Assembly (NCBI RefSeq): GCF_006345805.1
Contig: NC_043014.1
Coordinates: 31,310,001-31,374,000, forward strand
Source: Octopus sinensis
Taxonomy: Eukaryota
DNA length: 64,000 bases
Direction: 5' to 3'
The notes under the pieces were generated by a model. That model ran no database searches, was not told the DNA's origin, and worked only from the letters and a program-made list of their open reading frames with translations. Of the stretch, positions 47,797-61,583 are shown piece after piece; position 1 is the stretch's first letter; the number at the start of each line of letters is the position of its first letter. A program made the position numbers and the translations under genes.

Positions 47797-50700
47797 CTGC
47801 AAATAGAAAAACACAAAGCAACACTACAGATTTGCTCAACGGTGCAGCTAGGCTAAGAATTCTAGTGCACTGGAGGCACTACTGTTGTTCACTAGCATAA
47901 AACATGTCTATGCACGCATGCATTTCAGTAGAAAACACAGCACACCTCCCCCATACACACACACCTACATTTTGGTAGAACAATAATGCTACTGCAAATT
48001 AAAGCATACAGTCATTCAGAAAACATGGAGATAAACATCCCTACACCTCTTTTCTTCTTTCTCTTTCTCTCGGTCTTTCTTCTTCGTTTTGTTCTTTCAT
48101 TTTAGAAGGAAAACATATGCCAGATGGAACTGCTGCTGCTGCTGTTGCTGCCGCCGCTGCTAGTGATGTGGATGACTGTAATGGTGGAGGTGCTGCCTCT
48201 GACTACCACAATAATGGCAACGAAAATGAGGAATGGTAATAAATGTAGGAGGGATTTGTTTGGCAGTAGGATGGTACAGAAATGAGAGAGAGAAAGAGAG
48301 ACAGGCATGGGAGAGATAGAAAGCTAGAAATAGATAGATAGATAGAGAGAAAGAGAGAGAGAGTGGGAGAGGTGCAAGTGAAAGTCACTTACAAAATTAG
48401 TTGATTTGAATTAGATCTGAGTTTAATGAAATAATAAGGAGAAACAATGTGAAATCAATACAATAGAGGAGAAAAGAAACTTCCACAAACACACATGCAT
48501 ATAAATACACATGTATGTGCACACTAGTGTATATATACACACACATCTTATAATATTAATTCTACATATTACACACCGCACACACATCATGGACACAAAA
48601 TATTCAGCATTACTCATTTACACAGACTCGCATAATACATAACCATACATGTGGTTGAGTTTGGTGCTGGCGGTGTCGGTGGGTTTGCAGAGTTAGAGCA
48701 ATCTGTGTTATTTCAGAATTGCTTAAGTGTTGATGAGAAGAGGACACAGTTGTTAGAAAATATGCATGAGTGTGCATGCGTCTATGTATGTGTGTGTCTG
48801 TGAGAGCATGTCTGTGTGTGTGTGTGTATCTACATGTGCATGCGTGTATGTGTATAAAAACTGATTCTAAAGTTACATAAGTAATTAAGGGCTGAGAATT
48901 TCAAAATTCTGTATTCTTGAGTACTATATATATATATATATATGTACTCTTATGTACTGATTTCCATTTTTCCTGTTTCTTCCCAAATCCTCCCCACCCA
49001 CCAGTTTGTGGCTGTGTAATTCCTAACCATGTGGTTTCGGGTTCAGTCCCACTGTATAGCATCTTGGGCAAATGCCTTCTTATACAACCCTGGTCTACTG
49101 TAGAAGGCATTTGCCTTCTCAGAAAGGTGAAAAGGCCAAGCTGATCTCAACAGTATATGAAATTATGGAATAACTGAAAACAAGAAATAGTCTAGGACCT
49201 TACCATTTCTGCTAACCCACTAGCCTGAAAACAATGATTTTCTGACAATGCTACAAGTCCACACTTTTATTGGAGACAGGGTCAACTGAATCAATCTAGT
49301 ATATTACTGGTACTCATTCTGTCTACTTTAATGAGATCCGAACTTGAGAATACTGATTTCTAACATTTGTGCGAGGCCTGAAATTTTGAGTGCAGGAACA
49401 GTTGGTCAATTTGATGTCACTGTATTAGTAATGAAGGAAGGAAATTGCCAGAATCATTAGAGAGCATTAAACAAAATGCCTTGCAGTATATGTTCTGAGT
49501 TCCATGATTAGTATTTGTCAAAGAAGTCACCACAGGCTAGAATCATTCCTTGACGTGATGGTGCAAGGAATAAAGACATGGAAATATTAAGTAAACCACA
49601 CTAGGATTTGAACTCAAAATTTTAAGGTAATATACAACTATAAATATCACAATGCTTTTTTGTTTAGTTCAGCACTCCAATAATATTCATAATGGTTGCT
49701 ATTAAAGGCATACAGTCTGAAATTTTAGGGGAGGAGGTAAGTCAATTACATCTGGTGCTTGATATACTGACCCCGAAAGGATGAAAGATAAAGTGGACAT
49801 CAGCAGAATTTGATTAATATTAATAATAACAATTTCTCAAATCTAGCATAATGCCATTATTGTTTACACCCCACCCCAGTCAATTCTAATTGAACAGACC
49901 TAAGATTAAAATCCTTTCCAGTCATGACCACCCACATTTGTTATAGGAGTTAAGGACTATACTACCTAATGTTTCCTCTCCTACTGAGATGTGGGGTGTT
50001 GAGGGAAATTTTAGGAAGGTTGGGTATTCAGTTAGAGGTTTGCACATTGGCTTCCCTAACATGATAATAAAGACGATGAATACATGAACAGATGTAAGCA
50101 TTTCAATATATTTTGTACAATGATGTACTTTCCTGAGGCACAGTGTGTCCAGGAACTAAAATATAAATGTTCTTCCTGTGACGCAACATCTTACAACACT
50201 AAAACAAACACAAGCATACTTTGTGTGCACATGTGAATGCACTTGTATGTAAATATGAATGTGTATGTACATGTGTGTTGTATGTAAAAATGTAGGACTT
50301 TCTTTAAGTATGTGAATAAAGTGTGTGTGTGTGTGTGTGTGTACATACAAATATAACAGTGTGCATGTAAATGTTGGAGTGTGTAGAAGAATACGTAATT
50401 GTGTGTGTGTATGTGTGCTGGCGTACACATGAGTGCATGTCGTATATTTGGGATGTTTGGCTAAATTTAGCTGGGGGTACTGTTTTCTCATTCTTACAGA
50501 TATAAAGGAGTAATGAATAACTAGCACACTTATGTACATAGACACATATATGAGGGAGAGGGATAACAAGCAAGGGGAAGGGGATTAGTTAGTGTGGGTG
50601 TATAGAGGAATGGATATCCAAGTAAATGAAACTGAAAGGTGGTTAAGGGATAATTTAGTATTGATCAGAATACCAATATTGAGGCATAAAGGGTGAAAGA

Positions 50701-51811
50701 CAGAGAAGCTTCTTAGAAAAGAAAATCTGACACATCTTATAGTTTCTCCAAACCAATATTAAAAAGAGTATGTGTGTGTATAATACATACATACATATAT
50801 ATATATATATACACATACAAAAAGAAAGAACTCACATAGGAAATTGTTAGAATGAACCAAGAGAGACCTGAAGGGAAAAGGAAGATCCAGTCATTGCTTT
50901 AATTATTTTGGCAAATATGAGAGTTAACTCCAGACATGTTTGTGTTTTATGACCTCATCTGGAAGCATAGATTTTACAGTGTTTGCCAAAGTAGTGATAA
51001 GAGAATTGTTAAGTAAATGTGCAGTTTTGTACAGTGGTTGACACAGGTGTAGAATTACAGAATAATTTAGAGAATAAATTATTGAAGGCCACCATAAAAA
51101 CGAAAAAAGTATACAGCTGTGCTGTGGCATGGTCTTGGTTATGATAGGGGAGAACAAACGAAAAGAACTAAAGATCATGCAAACTACCTGACCATCCTGC
51201 TGAAATATCAATAAGAACATTAAGTCTAAAATGTTGTGTTGTCAACAGCGTACAGTGTGATATTATGAGTCTTGACTCATAAACTGACCTTATCTAATTC
51301 TATGACCACCACCACTGACATCATTGACAATCCTTTAATCTCTACAGAGCAAACCAGATAACAAAATTGATACTGACACATGGCCTACTACTAACAAAAA
51401 TTCAAGGTTATTTTCATTAGGCACTTGCAGTTTATCTTTCATTGCGATTTGCAGTTTATCTTACCCAGCCGGTTTTAAAAATCTCGTCACCTATCACTGA
51501 AACTCTCGCAGTCAAGTTAACAGGGTTGACCTAGCTAATACTAACCACAAAAATTACTACAGCTGTCACTCACAAACTAACGAGAGCTTCTCTATGTCAA
51601 GGGTGGGACTGTTTAGTAGCAAGAATGAATTCCTAGTGTATAAGTGGATATGAGAAAGATAATGAATCATCATCATCATTGTTTAACATCCGCTTTCCAT
51701 GCTAGCATGGATTGGACGATTTGACTGAGGACTGGCGAACCAGATGCTGGACCATGCTCCAATCTGATCTGGCAGAGTTTCTACAGCTTCTTCATCTTTA
51801 CAAATACATAC

Positions 51812-51935
51812 AGTCATGGCCAAAAGTTTGAAACATAGGTCTCAAAATTAAAATTTTCATATTAAATGCCCTCAGTTAAATTTAATTTGCAATATGTTAT
51901 TACTTAGCCAAAAGTTTGGATTACAGTTCTAAAAA
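51812..51935 (+). mobile_element. Tc1-like terminal fragment
   Basis: TA-CAGTCATGGCCAAAAGTTTG start with an internal repeat GCCAAAAGTTTG; the second TIR was not found. Confidence 0.45.
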
Positions 51936-52355
51936 TTAGAATTTTAATGCTAAATTCATGAAGTTATATTTGGCCAGAGCATATATTGGACATAACAATT
52001 TTAGTTTTTTAAAATGTTCCAAATTGTGGCTACAACTATAAGTATACAACTTTAAAAAATTTGTCAGTGGGCAGTTTTAAAATTGAATGTGAGCAAGAGG
52101 TTTGCTACCTCAGAGATAAGTTAATTGATTTGTAAGAAATAGAAACTAAATCACCCTTAAATAACATCTAATATCCTACTAAGTTAAAAAGAAAAGAGAC
52201 AAAAATGGAAGAACACGCTGAATAGTGCTTGAAAATAATACAGTAAAACAACAAAAATAATGTTAGGATGACCTTGCTCAGTGCTGATCAAAAGTCAAAC
52301 AACAACAAACATGGGAGACAGACTGTTTAGAACCAGAAATTTAACAAGAACTTAC

Positions 52356-52468
52356 TTCTGTGGTTCATTTGGATCTTTCTTCTTCTTCTTTTTGGGTGCT
52401 TTCTGTTTCTTTATTGTACAGGTTTCCATAGATGTTTCCATGGCTGCCGTCCTTTTGATGCTGGCAAG
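52356..52468 (-). CDS. TOX4: TOX exon with NLS (LASIKRT..KKQKAPKKKKKKDPNEPQK)
   Basis: ccattacag| acceptor, AA|gtaagt donor (phase 2); canonical KKKKKKDPNEPQKP. Confidence 0.95.
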
Positions 52469-52731
52469 CTGTAATGGAAGAAAGCACAATATTAACAGTT
52501 GTATGCATATATATATGTGTGTGTGTGTGTGTGGTGTGTGTGTGTGTGTGTGTGTGTTGTAGAATAAGAAATAGAAAATCCTTGGTACAGTATTATATGA
52601 TTGGAAAAATGAGTAGAAATGGATTTTCTGATAATTTTTCCACTTTAATAATTAGATGTTTATAACTTTACACAAAACATCTAATTATTAAAGTGGAAAG
52701 ACTATCACAAAAGCCATTCCTATTCATTTTT

Positions 52732-52769
<38 letters not shown>

Positions 52770-52870
52770 CAAACATTGTTAACAGTAGAGAGATAGTCGA
52801 TTACATCAAACCAGCAATCAACTGGTACTTATTTCATCTACCTTCTAACGGATGATAGGCAAGTCAACCT

Positions 52871-52996
52871 TGATGGATATTTGTACGCATCTTGTTTGTT
52901 GTTAACACAACATTTCAGCTGATATACCCTCCAGCCTTCATCTGGTGTCTTGGGGAAATTTCGAACCTGGGTTCTCATTCCTAAGGTATTTTTCGA

Positions 52997-53043
<47 letters not shown>

Positions 53044-53114
53044 TCACTGCTTGAAATTGAACTCGGAATCTTGGGGTTAGTAGCCTGTGCTCTTAACCAC
53101 TACACCATATGCCC
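52871..53114 (-). mobile_element. tRNA-headed SINE-like element with a Penelope-type hammerhead-like 3' segment
   Basis: Head 53114-53041 (A box TGGTGTAGTGG, B box GAGTTCAATTTC), (AAT)n, body, then GACAC-CAGATGA-AGGCTG..CAGCT-GAAAT-GTT-GTGTT. Confidence 0.7.
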
Positions 53115-53236
53115 ACGGGCGTTGATAAAGGCTAGAGGGTAGATCAGCTGAAACGTCGTGTTAACAGACAAGATGAGGACAAATATCTGTCAAATGTAAA
53201 TAATGTACATAATTCTTCATCTCTTAAATACAGAAC
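53115..53236 (+). mobile_element. Inverted second copy of the hammerhead-containing tail
   Basis: TTGATAA-AGGCTAG..CAGCT-GAAAC-GTC-GTGTTAAC..AAGATGAGGACAAATATC is the reverse complement of ~52871-52945. Confidence 0.75.
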
Positions 53237-53862
53237 ATGATATGCTGCTGGGCACTGTGAGCAACATGGTAACGATTCTTCCAGCTTGCTGCTTTTGAAG
53301 AGTAGCAGATAATGTTCGTTTCAGATTTTGGCACAAGGCCAGCGATTTCAATGCAGGGGTAAGTTGATTACATTGGCCCCACTGCTCATCTGGTACTTAT
53401 TTTTCATTGACCCCAACCCCCAAACGGATGAAAGGCAAAGACAACCTTGGCAAAAATTGAACTCAGAATGTAAAGACAGATGAAATGCTGCTAAGCCTTT
53501 CGAACAGCACAGTAACGACTCTGCCAGTCACTGCTTTAAGAGAGGAGAAGATAATATATTAATTACATGCATAAAAGTGGTGAGCTGGCAGAATCGTTAG
53601 CATGCCTGGCTAAATGCTTCGTAGCATTTTGTCTGTCTTTACATTCTAAGTTCAATTTCTGTCAAGGTTGACCTTGTCTTTCATCTTATCGGGGTCGATA
53701 AAATAAGAAGCAGTTGAGGACTGAGGTTGATGTAAATGATTTAACCCCTCCCTTGGAATTGCTGGCCCTGTGCAAAAATTTCAAATCAGTATCAAGACAG
53801 GTATAGAGTTGTAGACAATGTCGAAGGATGAATTACACGTTTCTTCAACACACACACCCTTT

Positions 53863-54077
53863 CTCTCTTTTACTTGTTTCAGTCATTTGACTGCGTCCAT
53901 GCTGGAGCACCGCCTTTAGTGGACCAAATTGACCCCAGGACTTATTCTTTGGAAACCTATTACTTGTTCTATCGGTCTCTTTTGCCAAACTGCTAAGTCA
54001 CAAGGACGTAAACATACCACCATCGGTTGTCAAGTGATGTTGGGGGGACAAATGCAGACACACAAACATATACACAC

Positions 54078-54114
<37 letters not shown>

Positions 54115-54272
54115 TACGACAGGCTTCTTTCAGTTTCTGTCTAGCAAATCCACTCACAAAGCTTTGGTCAGCCTGAGGATATAGTAGAAGACACTTGCCC
54201 AAGGTGCCACGCAGTGGGAATGAACCCAGAACCATGTGGTTGGTAAGCAAGCTACTTACCGCACACCCACTC
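53863..54272 (-). mobile_element. SINE family A, full length
   Basis: Reverse complement of the family consensus. Confidence 0.88.
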
Positions 54273-55158
54273 TTGACAGAGATTACTTCACATATTTGTT
54301 TGTATATATATAAGTAGGAGTAGGTGGATAGTTGAATGACCAAAACAAGTTTGCTTTGCAATCATGTTGTCCTAGATTGAACTAGCTACACAACATATTG
54401 GGCAGATGACTTCTAGCATAGCCTTGATAGCAGTGGCTTGGTTTTTATTCATTAATTTTTATTTTAGTATTTTTGATATTTGTGTGCATTCATATGTAAG
54501 TGTTGATGGTACAATTTATGTACTTATATACGTTTCAATAGGTGGATGGTCTTTCTATCACAAACCATTCAGTGAGAGTGAAAAATCATGGCAAACAAAG
54601 CCAGGTACCTTTCTGCAGAGTGTGGAGACAGAAGACAGCAAATACAGGGTTGAATTTGTGGCAATATAATTAGGAGTTGAACACTTTAATTTTATACACA
54701 TTAAAGGTCACATGAAAAGAAGTCCTTAGTCGTTATGGTTAATTAAAATAGTTCAGAGCAATAAAATGGAAGTGAACACAAAGAGATTTCTAGATAACAG
54801 TAATCAGATTCCAACCAAGGAGTTGAAAATTTAGAAAGATTATAGCAAATGAATAATTACAGCCTTTCATTTCTACCTGATATTATGGGAAAGGCTTCTA
54901 CATGATTTTTCAACCTGTTAGAAATAACAGCTAAATCTCCCTCATCATTCCTCATCTTAAAAAAAAAAGAAGAGAGAACACATTGGACATGTAGTCCAAG
55001 ATACCTCTAAGTAGATAGGATAGACATGGTAGGGATGCCTTTGATCATAGGTCTATTCCATCAAGGTTGACCTGGTGTTAAATGACAACAATCTGACATA
55101 AACAAGACATATTTGTGTCTCAATATGCCCGATGTACCTGGCTAATCTACTACCTTAA

Positions 55159-55832
55159 CCCTTTCATTACTATATTTAATTTGAAACATGCTGCCTTCAT
55201 TTCAATTAATTTTGAAAATAACGAATATAGTAAAATAACCTTATTTTTTTTTCTTTTCAAGTTAGTGCTTGGAACATAAATTAACATGGAATTCTGCTGG
55301 AAGATTTTAATTTAGATCTCTTTAACCCTTTAGCACTTAAACTAGCCATATTCAGCCCAAATATTTTATGTTTTATGTTCAAACCAGCCAGTTCTGATCT
55401 CTCACACTTACCCTACAATGTCATTCTAAAAATGTGATGATCACATTATTGGACTCTCAAAGCTATTAGACAATGCATGATTAATTCAAAACAATGTGAA
55501 TAAATAATCATTACATTTGACAAAGTAATCTGAATACTAAAGGGTTAAACCAAGAAGTTTGTATCATAGAACAAGGTGCATTCTTAGGGGGTTGGTATCA
55601 AAAGAGTTAACCTTTTTGATACCAACCTGCCTCAGATCACTCCTGATTCTATGATACAAATTCACTGTTTTAAAATGATCTTAATTAAAATCTCCAATCA
55701 AAATTTTGCATTAATTTATATTCCAAGCACAAGCTTAATAACAACACAATTATTTTAATAAATTCTTCACTGGTTTTAAAATTAACTGAAACAAAGGCAG
55801 TGTATTTCAACAGAAATGTGGTAATAAAATGG
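55159..55832. mobile_element. Two inverted piggyBac-type MITEs sharing a TTAA (55159-55606 and 55611-55832), the first with a nested MITE (55326-55544)
   Basis: TTAA at 55155-58, 55322-25, 55545-48, 55607-10 and 55833-36; the arms are reverse complements. Confidence 0.7.
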
Positions 55833-56663
55833 TTAAAGTGAAGACTACACCTTCAAGTTCTAAATCTTAGAGTAGGATGCCTCAGTACAAAAACAAGTTG
55901 GAAATAGCTTAAATGCTGGATGCTGGTTAAATCTCCAGTCTGCTGCCTCCAGGTCTTAGGTTTACACAAACTGAGCTGACCCACAAACAACCCCAGAAAA
56001 TATCACTACTACAAATCATACACATTTATACAAGTAAAAACATAGTTTTCTTCTTCTCATTTCATGGAGAGCACAGATGACCAGACATTCAGCTGACAAT
56101 CATATTGAAAGCTTGAAGCTATGAGATAATGCTTCATTGTCATCGTCATCATTTAATGTCCATTTTCCATGCTGGCATGGGTTTGACCGGAACTGATAAG
56201 GCTAGGGGCTGCATCAAACTCCATCGTCTGCTCTGGCATGGTTTCTACAGCTGGATGTCCTTCCTAATGCCAACCACTTTACAGTGTGTACAGGGTGCTT
56301 TTTATGTGGCATGATGAATTCAAAACAATGCAAATAAATAAGTATTACATTTGATGATAATTTGAATGCAAAAGGGCTAAAAATTGGCAAGGTGCAATAT
56401 GAGTGAGATTTGGTTGCTTATTTACTAGGTGGTTAGCATGCAAACTAGATGACACAGTTCACATAGTTGTACACAACAAATGGTTCATATCGGGTGGTGC
56501 AGATCCCCTAGAAGTGAATAGATGTCATGTGTTCTATGTTGTGTAATTTACATTTGCAGGTAGTGCCAGTACGGTGGAACTGATGAGTTTTTCATTAGTT
56601 TGTAGCAATAAACCAAATTCCTCCGGTATCCTATTCAAGAAAAATCTGTATTAATCTGCTTAA

Positions 56664-57739
56664 CCCTTTCGTTACCAAACCGCCCGAAAAAGATTTTGGT
56701 TAATGTGACCAAACCGCCCAAACCCACCCATATTTACCTATTCATATTTAAATGAGAATATCAGAGCAAATCTCTTTAGTACATTCGTGAAAATAAGTGA
56801 TTATACTTCGTAAACAGTTAATCTACAGTTTTGTACAACGATCAAAGTGTAATTTTAATTCCGTGAATTTTGGGAGATTTTTTTCCGAAATTTGTTCCTA
56901 TTGTGTTTTCAAAATTTGTAATTCTGACAAAAAATGGATGCGAATCTCATTATATCAAGCAGCGAGTCAGAATTCGAAGGATTTTCTACTGAAAACCTTG
57001 ATAAATCTAACTCTATGACTGAAAAAAAAAGCACGTGGTATTTGATAATGAATCTGATGTTTCATTTTCCGAAAGTGAAAACAGTGAATCCGAGAGCTCC
57101 GACAGCGATAAAGAAAATGAATTGGCACCTGAATGGAGTGAAAATTTAAAAACTGTTTCTTTCGTTGATTTTTCTGAAGAAACTGGACCAAGCCACAGAC
57201 TTTCCCTGGAGAGTAAAGTGATAGACTATTTCTTTTTACTTTTTCCGATGAGTCTATTTGAACTCATTACGGCGGAAACGAACCGTTACGCTAAATGTAA
57301 ACAAAGCGAAAGAAAGGATAGTTAGTGGTTTCCCACAACCTTAAATGAAATTAAGACTATTTTGCCATAAATATTATTATGGGTATCAGAAAGTTACCCA
57401 GAATAACAAATTCTATCGTAAAATTTTGTTGTATACCCAACTGAATATTAGCTAATAACCCATTTTCTATAGCGATGTTTGAACAAAATTTTAATAATTT
57501 TATATTTTGTTGAATTTACCTGTATCTACCTGCAATTAGAGTCACTTTGTGACAAAAATTATAGTATAGAATTGGTTGAGAACATTTCATTAAATTATCT
57601 TCCAAAAATCACATTAATATATTGATAAATAAAAAAGTTATAGTTGTTTAATGAAACCAGACTAAATTTATGATTATGTTAGAAATTAATTGAAACACAT
57701 AAGGGGTGTATTTTGGTCAGAAATATAGTAACGAAAGGG
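56664..57739 (+). mobile_element. Internally deleted piggyBac transposon with a frameshifted transposase N-terminus
   Basis: TIR CCCTTTCGTTAC / GTAACGAAAGGG, TTAA TSD; acidic N-terminus then DYFFLLFP..LFELITAETNRYA..WFPTTLNEIK..IIMGIRKLPRI. Confidence 0.9.
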
Positions 57740-57845
57740 TTAATCTAACAAGAACAAAAATTTCACATAATTCTATGGAATCTTTATCATTTGGAAGAAA
57801 AAAGATTGCATTCTGAATTTATGGTAGAATAAATCATAAATTTTT

Positions 57846-57917
<72 letters not shown>

Positions 57918-58364
57918 AAATAGTTTATTAAATTAACCCCAGGACTTCAGTGGTACTATAGTTTATCGACCTCAGTAAAACAACAGGCAAAGCTGATTCC
58001 TGGTAGGATTTGAACTCAGATCATAGACATCTTTAAATAGCACAGGATATTTTTCTCTGGCACTCTGATAAATCTATATCTGGTGTCTGTCATTGGAATT
58101 GCAACTAGTTGGCAATCTCCATGTCATATGTCTGTACTCATTGAGCATGCTTGGCTTGTTTTTGATGCTGTGAATTCACTGGTTGGTGCTGGTTCAATCC
58201 TTTCCAAGTGAATGGCAATACAAGAAGTACCAATTCTGCAAATCCACTGCCCTTATATTATAATAATAATAATAACAACAACAACAACAATTTGTAGCAT
58301 AGGTACAGGAAAAAGGCACAGTCAAATTAATTCTAGCATAATAGACAAATATAAAACAACTGAC

Positions 58365-58913
58365 CTGCGCCAAAGGGACACTATCATCACTATCGTCGCT
58401 GCTCTCGCGGCTTGGTGAAGACGTGGAATTTGACGTGGCTGGTGATCCTTGCTTGATGGCAGTCTGGAATCCTAACTGTGTGGTCATCTGTGACTGGCTG
58501 ATGGTCAACAAAGGCTGTTGTTCTCTCTGCATTAGTTCTGGTGGGTGCGACAAGTTTGCTGAGTAGAGGCCACCCAGGTCTGTAGGACATGACGTCGTCA
58601 CCGTGTCAGTGGGGTATGTACTTTCTGAGGTTGACATAACGCTGTTTAACACACTGATATCAGGCACGTCCAGTGAGTTCTGTGGAGGGAACTTTGGTAT
58701 CAATGACTGTTGGTTCTGGTTGAGTGAGTCCAGTACAGAACAGTCAACTGACAAGTCCGAGGAATGTGACAGAGGCTGTGTGAGGTTGTTTAGTTCAATG
58801 TCCAGAACTTGCTGGCCATGTAAGGCTCGTGTCTGATAGTTCAAGGCAGAATCAGCCAGCCCTAAAGGTGGAATGTTGAAGTCCTCATCTCCAAAACTTG
58901 GCGCATGGAAAGG
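58365..58913 (-). CDS. TOX4: TOX exon (N-terminal; PFHAPSFGDEDFNIPP..SSDDSDDSVPLAQ)
   Basis: cttttag| acceptor, CAG|gtcagt donor, 549 nt, phase 0-0; FHxPSxGDExFxIPP is the TOX N-terminal signature. The upstream exon was not located in the window. Confidence 0.92.
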
Positions 58914-59289
58914 CTAAAAGATAGGGAAGAAAAGATAAAAGGAACATTAGAAAACTTTTATATAAATAGGCTTTACATTAGCTACAACAACAACAGCAAA
59001 GAAACAAACTTCATAACATGACAGACTATCATGAAAATACAAAAACATATAAGTAATAATATTTTTATTCTCTTGGTTCCAGCCAATTAGCTATGTCTGT
59101 GCTGGGGTAAGTGACAATACAGTTATATACTAGGAAATAATAATTAGTACATAAAATACAGAAAAATATTGATTAGCATTTTATATCACTGGAAAATAAA
59201 ATAAAAATTGCATAACATCACCATCATTTTAATGCCTACTTTTCCATACTTGCATGAACAGAGTTTATTGAGGCAAATTTTCTTCCTGT

Positions 59290-59597
59290 TGCCAACTCTC
59301 ACCTGTTTCCAAGCAAGGTAATATTTCTCCATGGCTTGATATGTTTTTGTGCCGGAGACATGTAAAAGGCACCTGTGCTGGTGACATGTGAAAAGTACCT
59401 GTGCTGGTGACATGTAAAAGACACCCAAGTACATTCTGTGAAGTGGTTGGCATTAGGAAGGGGATCTAGCCGTAAAAACCAAACCAAAACTGACAGGAAC
59501 TTGGTGCAGCTGTCTGGTTCACCAGTTCCAGTCAAACTATCAAACAGTGTAACCCATGCCAGTATTGAAAATGGATGCTAAATGATGATGATAATGA
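59290..59597 (+). mobile_element. SINE family C (RTE-like tail)
   Basis: Same motifs as 17690-18025; (GAT)n tail. Confidence 0.7.
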
Positions 59598-60308
59598 TCA
59601 TGAATGACATTCATTATATAATATATAAGAATATAATATATGTTTTATATAAATGGACCATTTCTTATTGCACAAGAGGCTGAATTTACATATGGGTAGT
59701 GAGAGTAGAATCAATGGACTCAATCCAGTCTTATTGATGCTTATCATATTGATTTAAACTCAAACCTTTAATCTGAGGGATTGGGATCATAGGATATTAA
59801 ATATAAGCAAAAAAATATTTCCCCAGTCATTCTGTTGTCTTGGCTATCCCTGACTAATATCATGACAGATATTTATCTCATTAATAACAATAAACTATAA
59901 TGAACGAGCCAGACAAGATAGAAGTCTACATGGTTGTTTGAGCTTTTTTTACAAACTTTTTTTTTACTTGTTTCAGTTATTGGACTGCAGCTGTGCAGGA
60001 TTTTACTTGAACAAATTGACCCCAGGACTTATGTCTGGTACTTGTTGCATGGAGTTGAGTCAAATTGCTATTAACCCTTCAGTATTCAGATTAATTTATC
60101 AAATTTAATGCTTATGTATCCAAATTAAAAAAAAAAAAAATCAATCATGTAGTATCTTGTAGCTTCAAGATTTTGACGATGTGACTGTTTATTTTTAGAA
60201 TGACATTGTAGGATAGGTATGAGAGGCTGGATCTGGCCAGTTTTAACATATAAGGGAATATTTGGGCTCGTTCAAATGTTGAGTGCTACTTTCTTTCGTT
60301 TGTCCACT

Positions 60309-60348
<40 letters not shown>

Positions 60349-60390
60349 CCACCAACAATTGAGGAACGGCTACAATAGGCCGTTTGATTA

Positions 60391-60429
<39 letters not shown>

Positions 60430-60643
60430 ACAAACTTCCAATTCCTACTCAAGTTCAATCACTAGGCACTGGTTGTCTGAGGACAATAACAGAAAACACT
60501 TGCCCAGGGTGCTGCACAATGGGACTGAAACCCAAAATCACAAGGCTGCAAAATGAGCTTCTTAACTACACATCCATGGGCAGCCAAATCTTTCTGAACC
60601 CACACTATACTGTTTTGGGAAAACAAAGAATACATTAGTTAAA

Positions 60644-60980
60644 GTAAGAGTGGCTGTGTGGTAAGTAGCTTGCTTACCAACCACATGGCTCCGGGTTCAG
60701 TCCCACTGCGTGGCATCTTGGGCAAGTGTCTTCCACTATAGCCTCGGGCCGACCAAAGCCTTGTGAGTAGATTTGGTAGACGGAAACTCAAAGAAGCCTG
60801 TCGTATATATATATATATGTGTGTGTGTGTTTGTCCCCCTAGCATTGCTTGACAACCGATGCTGGTGTATTTATGTCCCCGTAACTTTGGGCTTACAAAG
60901 AATAAGTTGATTTGCTCGACTAAAGGCGGTACTCCAGCATGGCCGCAGTCAAATGACTGAAACAAGTAAAAGAGTAAAGA
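60644..60980 (+). mobile_element. SINE family A, relatively young full-length copy
   Basis: Close to consensus, with most CpGs retained. Confidence 0.9.
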
Positions 60981-61542
60981 GTATGGAATGCCTTTGATCA
61001 TAGGTTTGTCTGCTGGATCAAAGCTGACTTAAGCCTAAGCAATGACAACAATACAGAAGTGCTACCGATGCCAAAATGGTAACTGTGACTGGAGAAAGGA
61101 ACAGAGTATTATTGTATCAAAACCCCAGTACAATCCAGGATAGTTAGAGTGAAAGGCAAGTTGATCCTTGTGACATTTGAATCCAGAAATGAAAGAATGA
61201 TGGAAACAAACTAAAATTAAAAGAACCCCCACCCTGCAAATCAAAACAACAACAACAACAAAAAATCTCAGGAAAAACAAAACAAGTATTTTCATCTTAT
61301 TGTTTCAGTCAGCTACTGCCTTACAAAAGGCTCTAATTATCATAATTACTGAATGTGAAATGTACACATTTCATGTAATCAATGATTAAAGAAGAACATG
61401 AAATTAATTAGAAGGTAACGAACGTTGTTCCAGACAAGACAGAAAAAAGTTGTAAGTGCTGCTTTTTTTTCTTTTTCTTTTCTTTTTTTAGATTTCTAGT
61501 AATTGTCACAAAGGTAGGTAAGCAAGGCCCATCATCATCATT

Positions 61543-61583
<41 letters not shown>

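Noticed and set aside
48050-48240. Ala/Ser-rich exon-like block near the HMG exon (either strand)
   Set aside because: On the minus strand no acceptor/donor pair keeps the phase-2 frame open; the plus-strand reading has no partner exons; the composition is (CTG)n-like.
50924-51220. 98-aa ORF in a TOX intron
   Set aside because: No homology recognised and no compatible splice sites.
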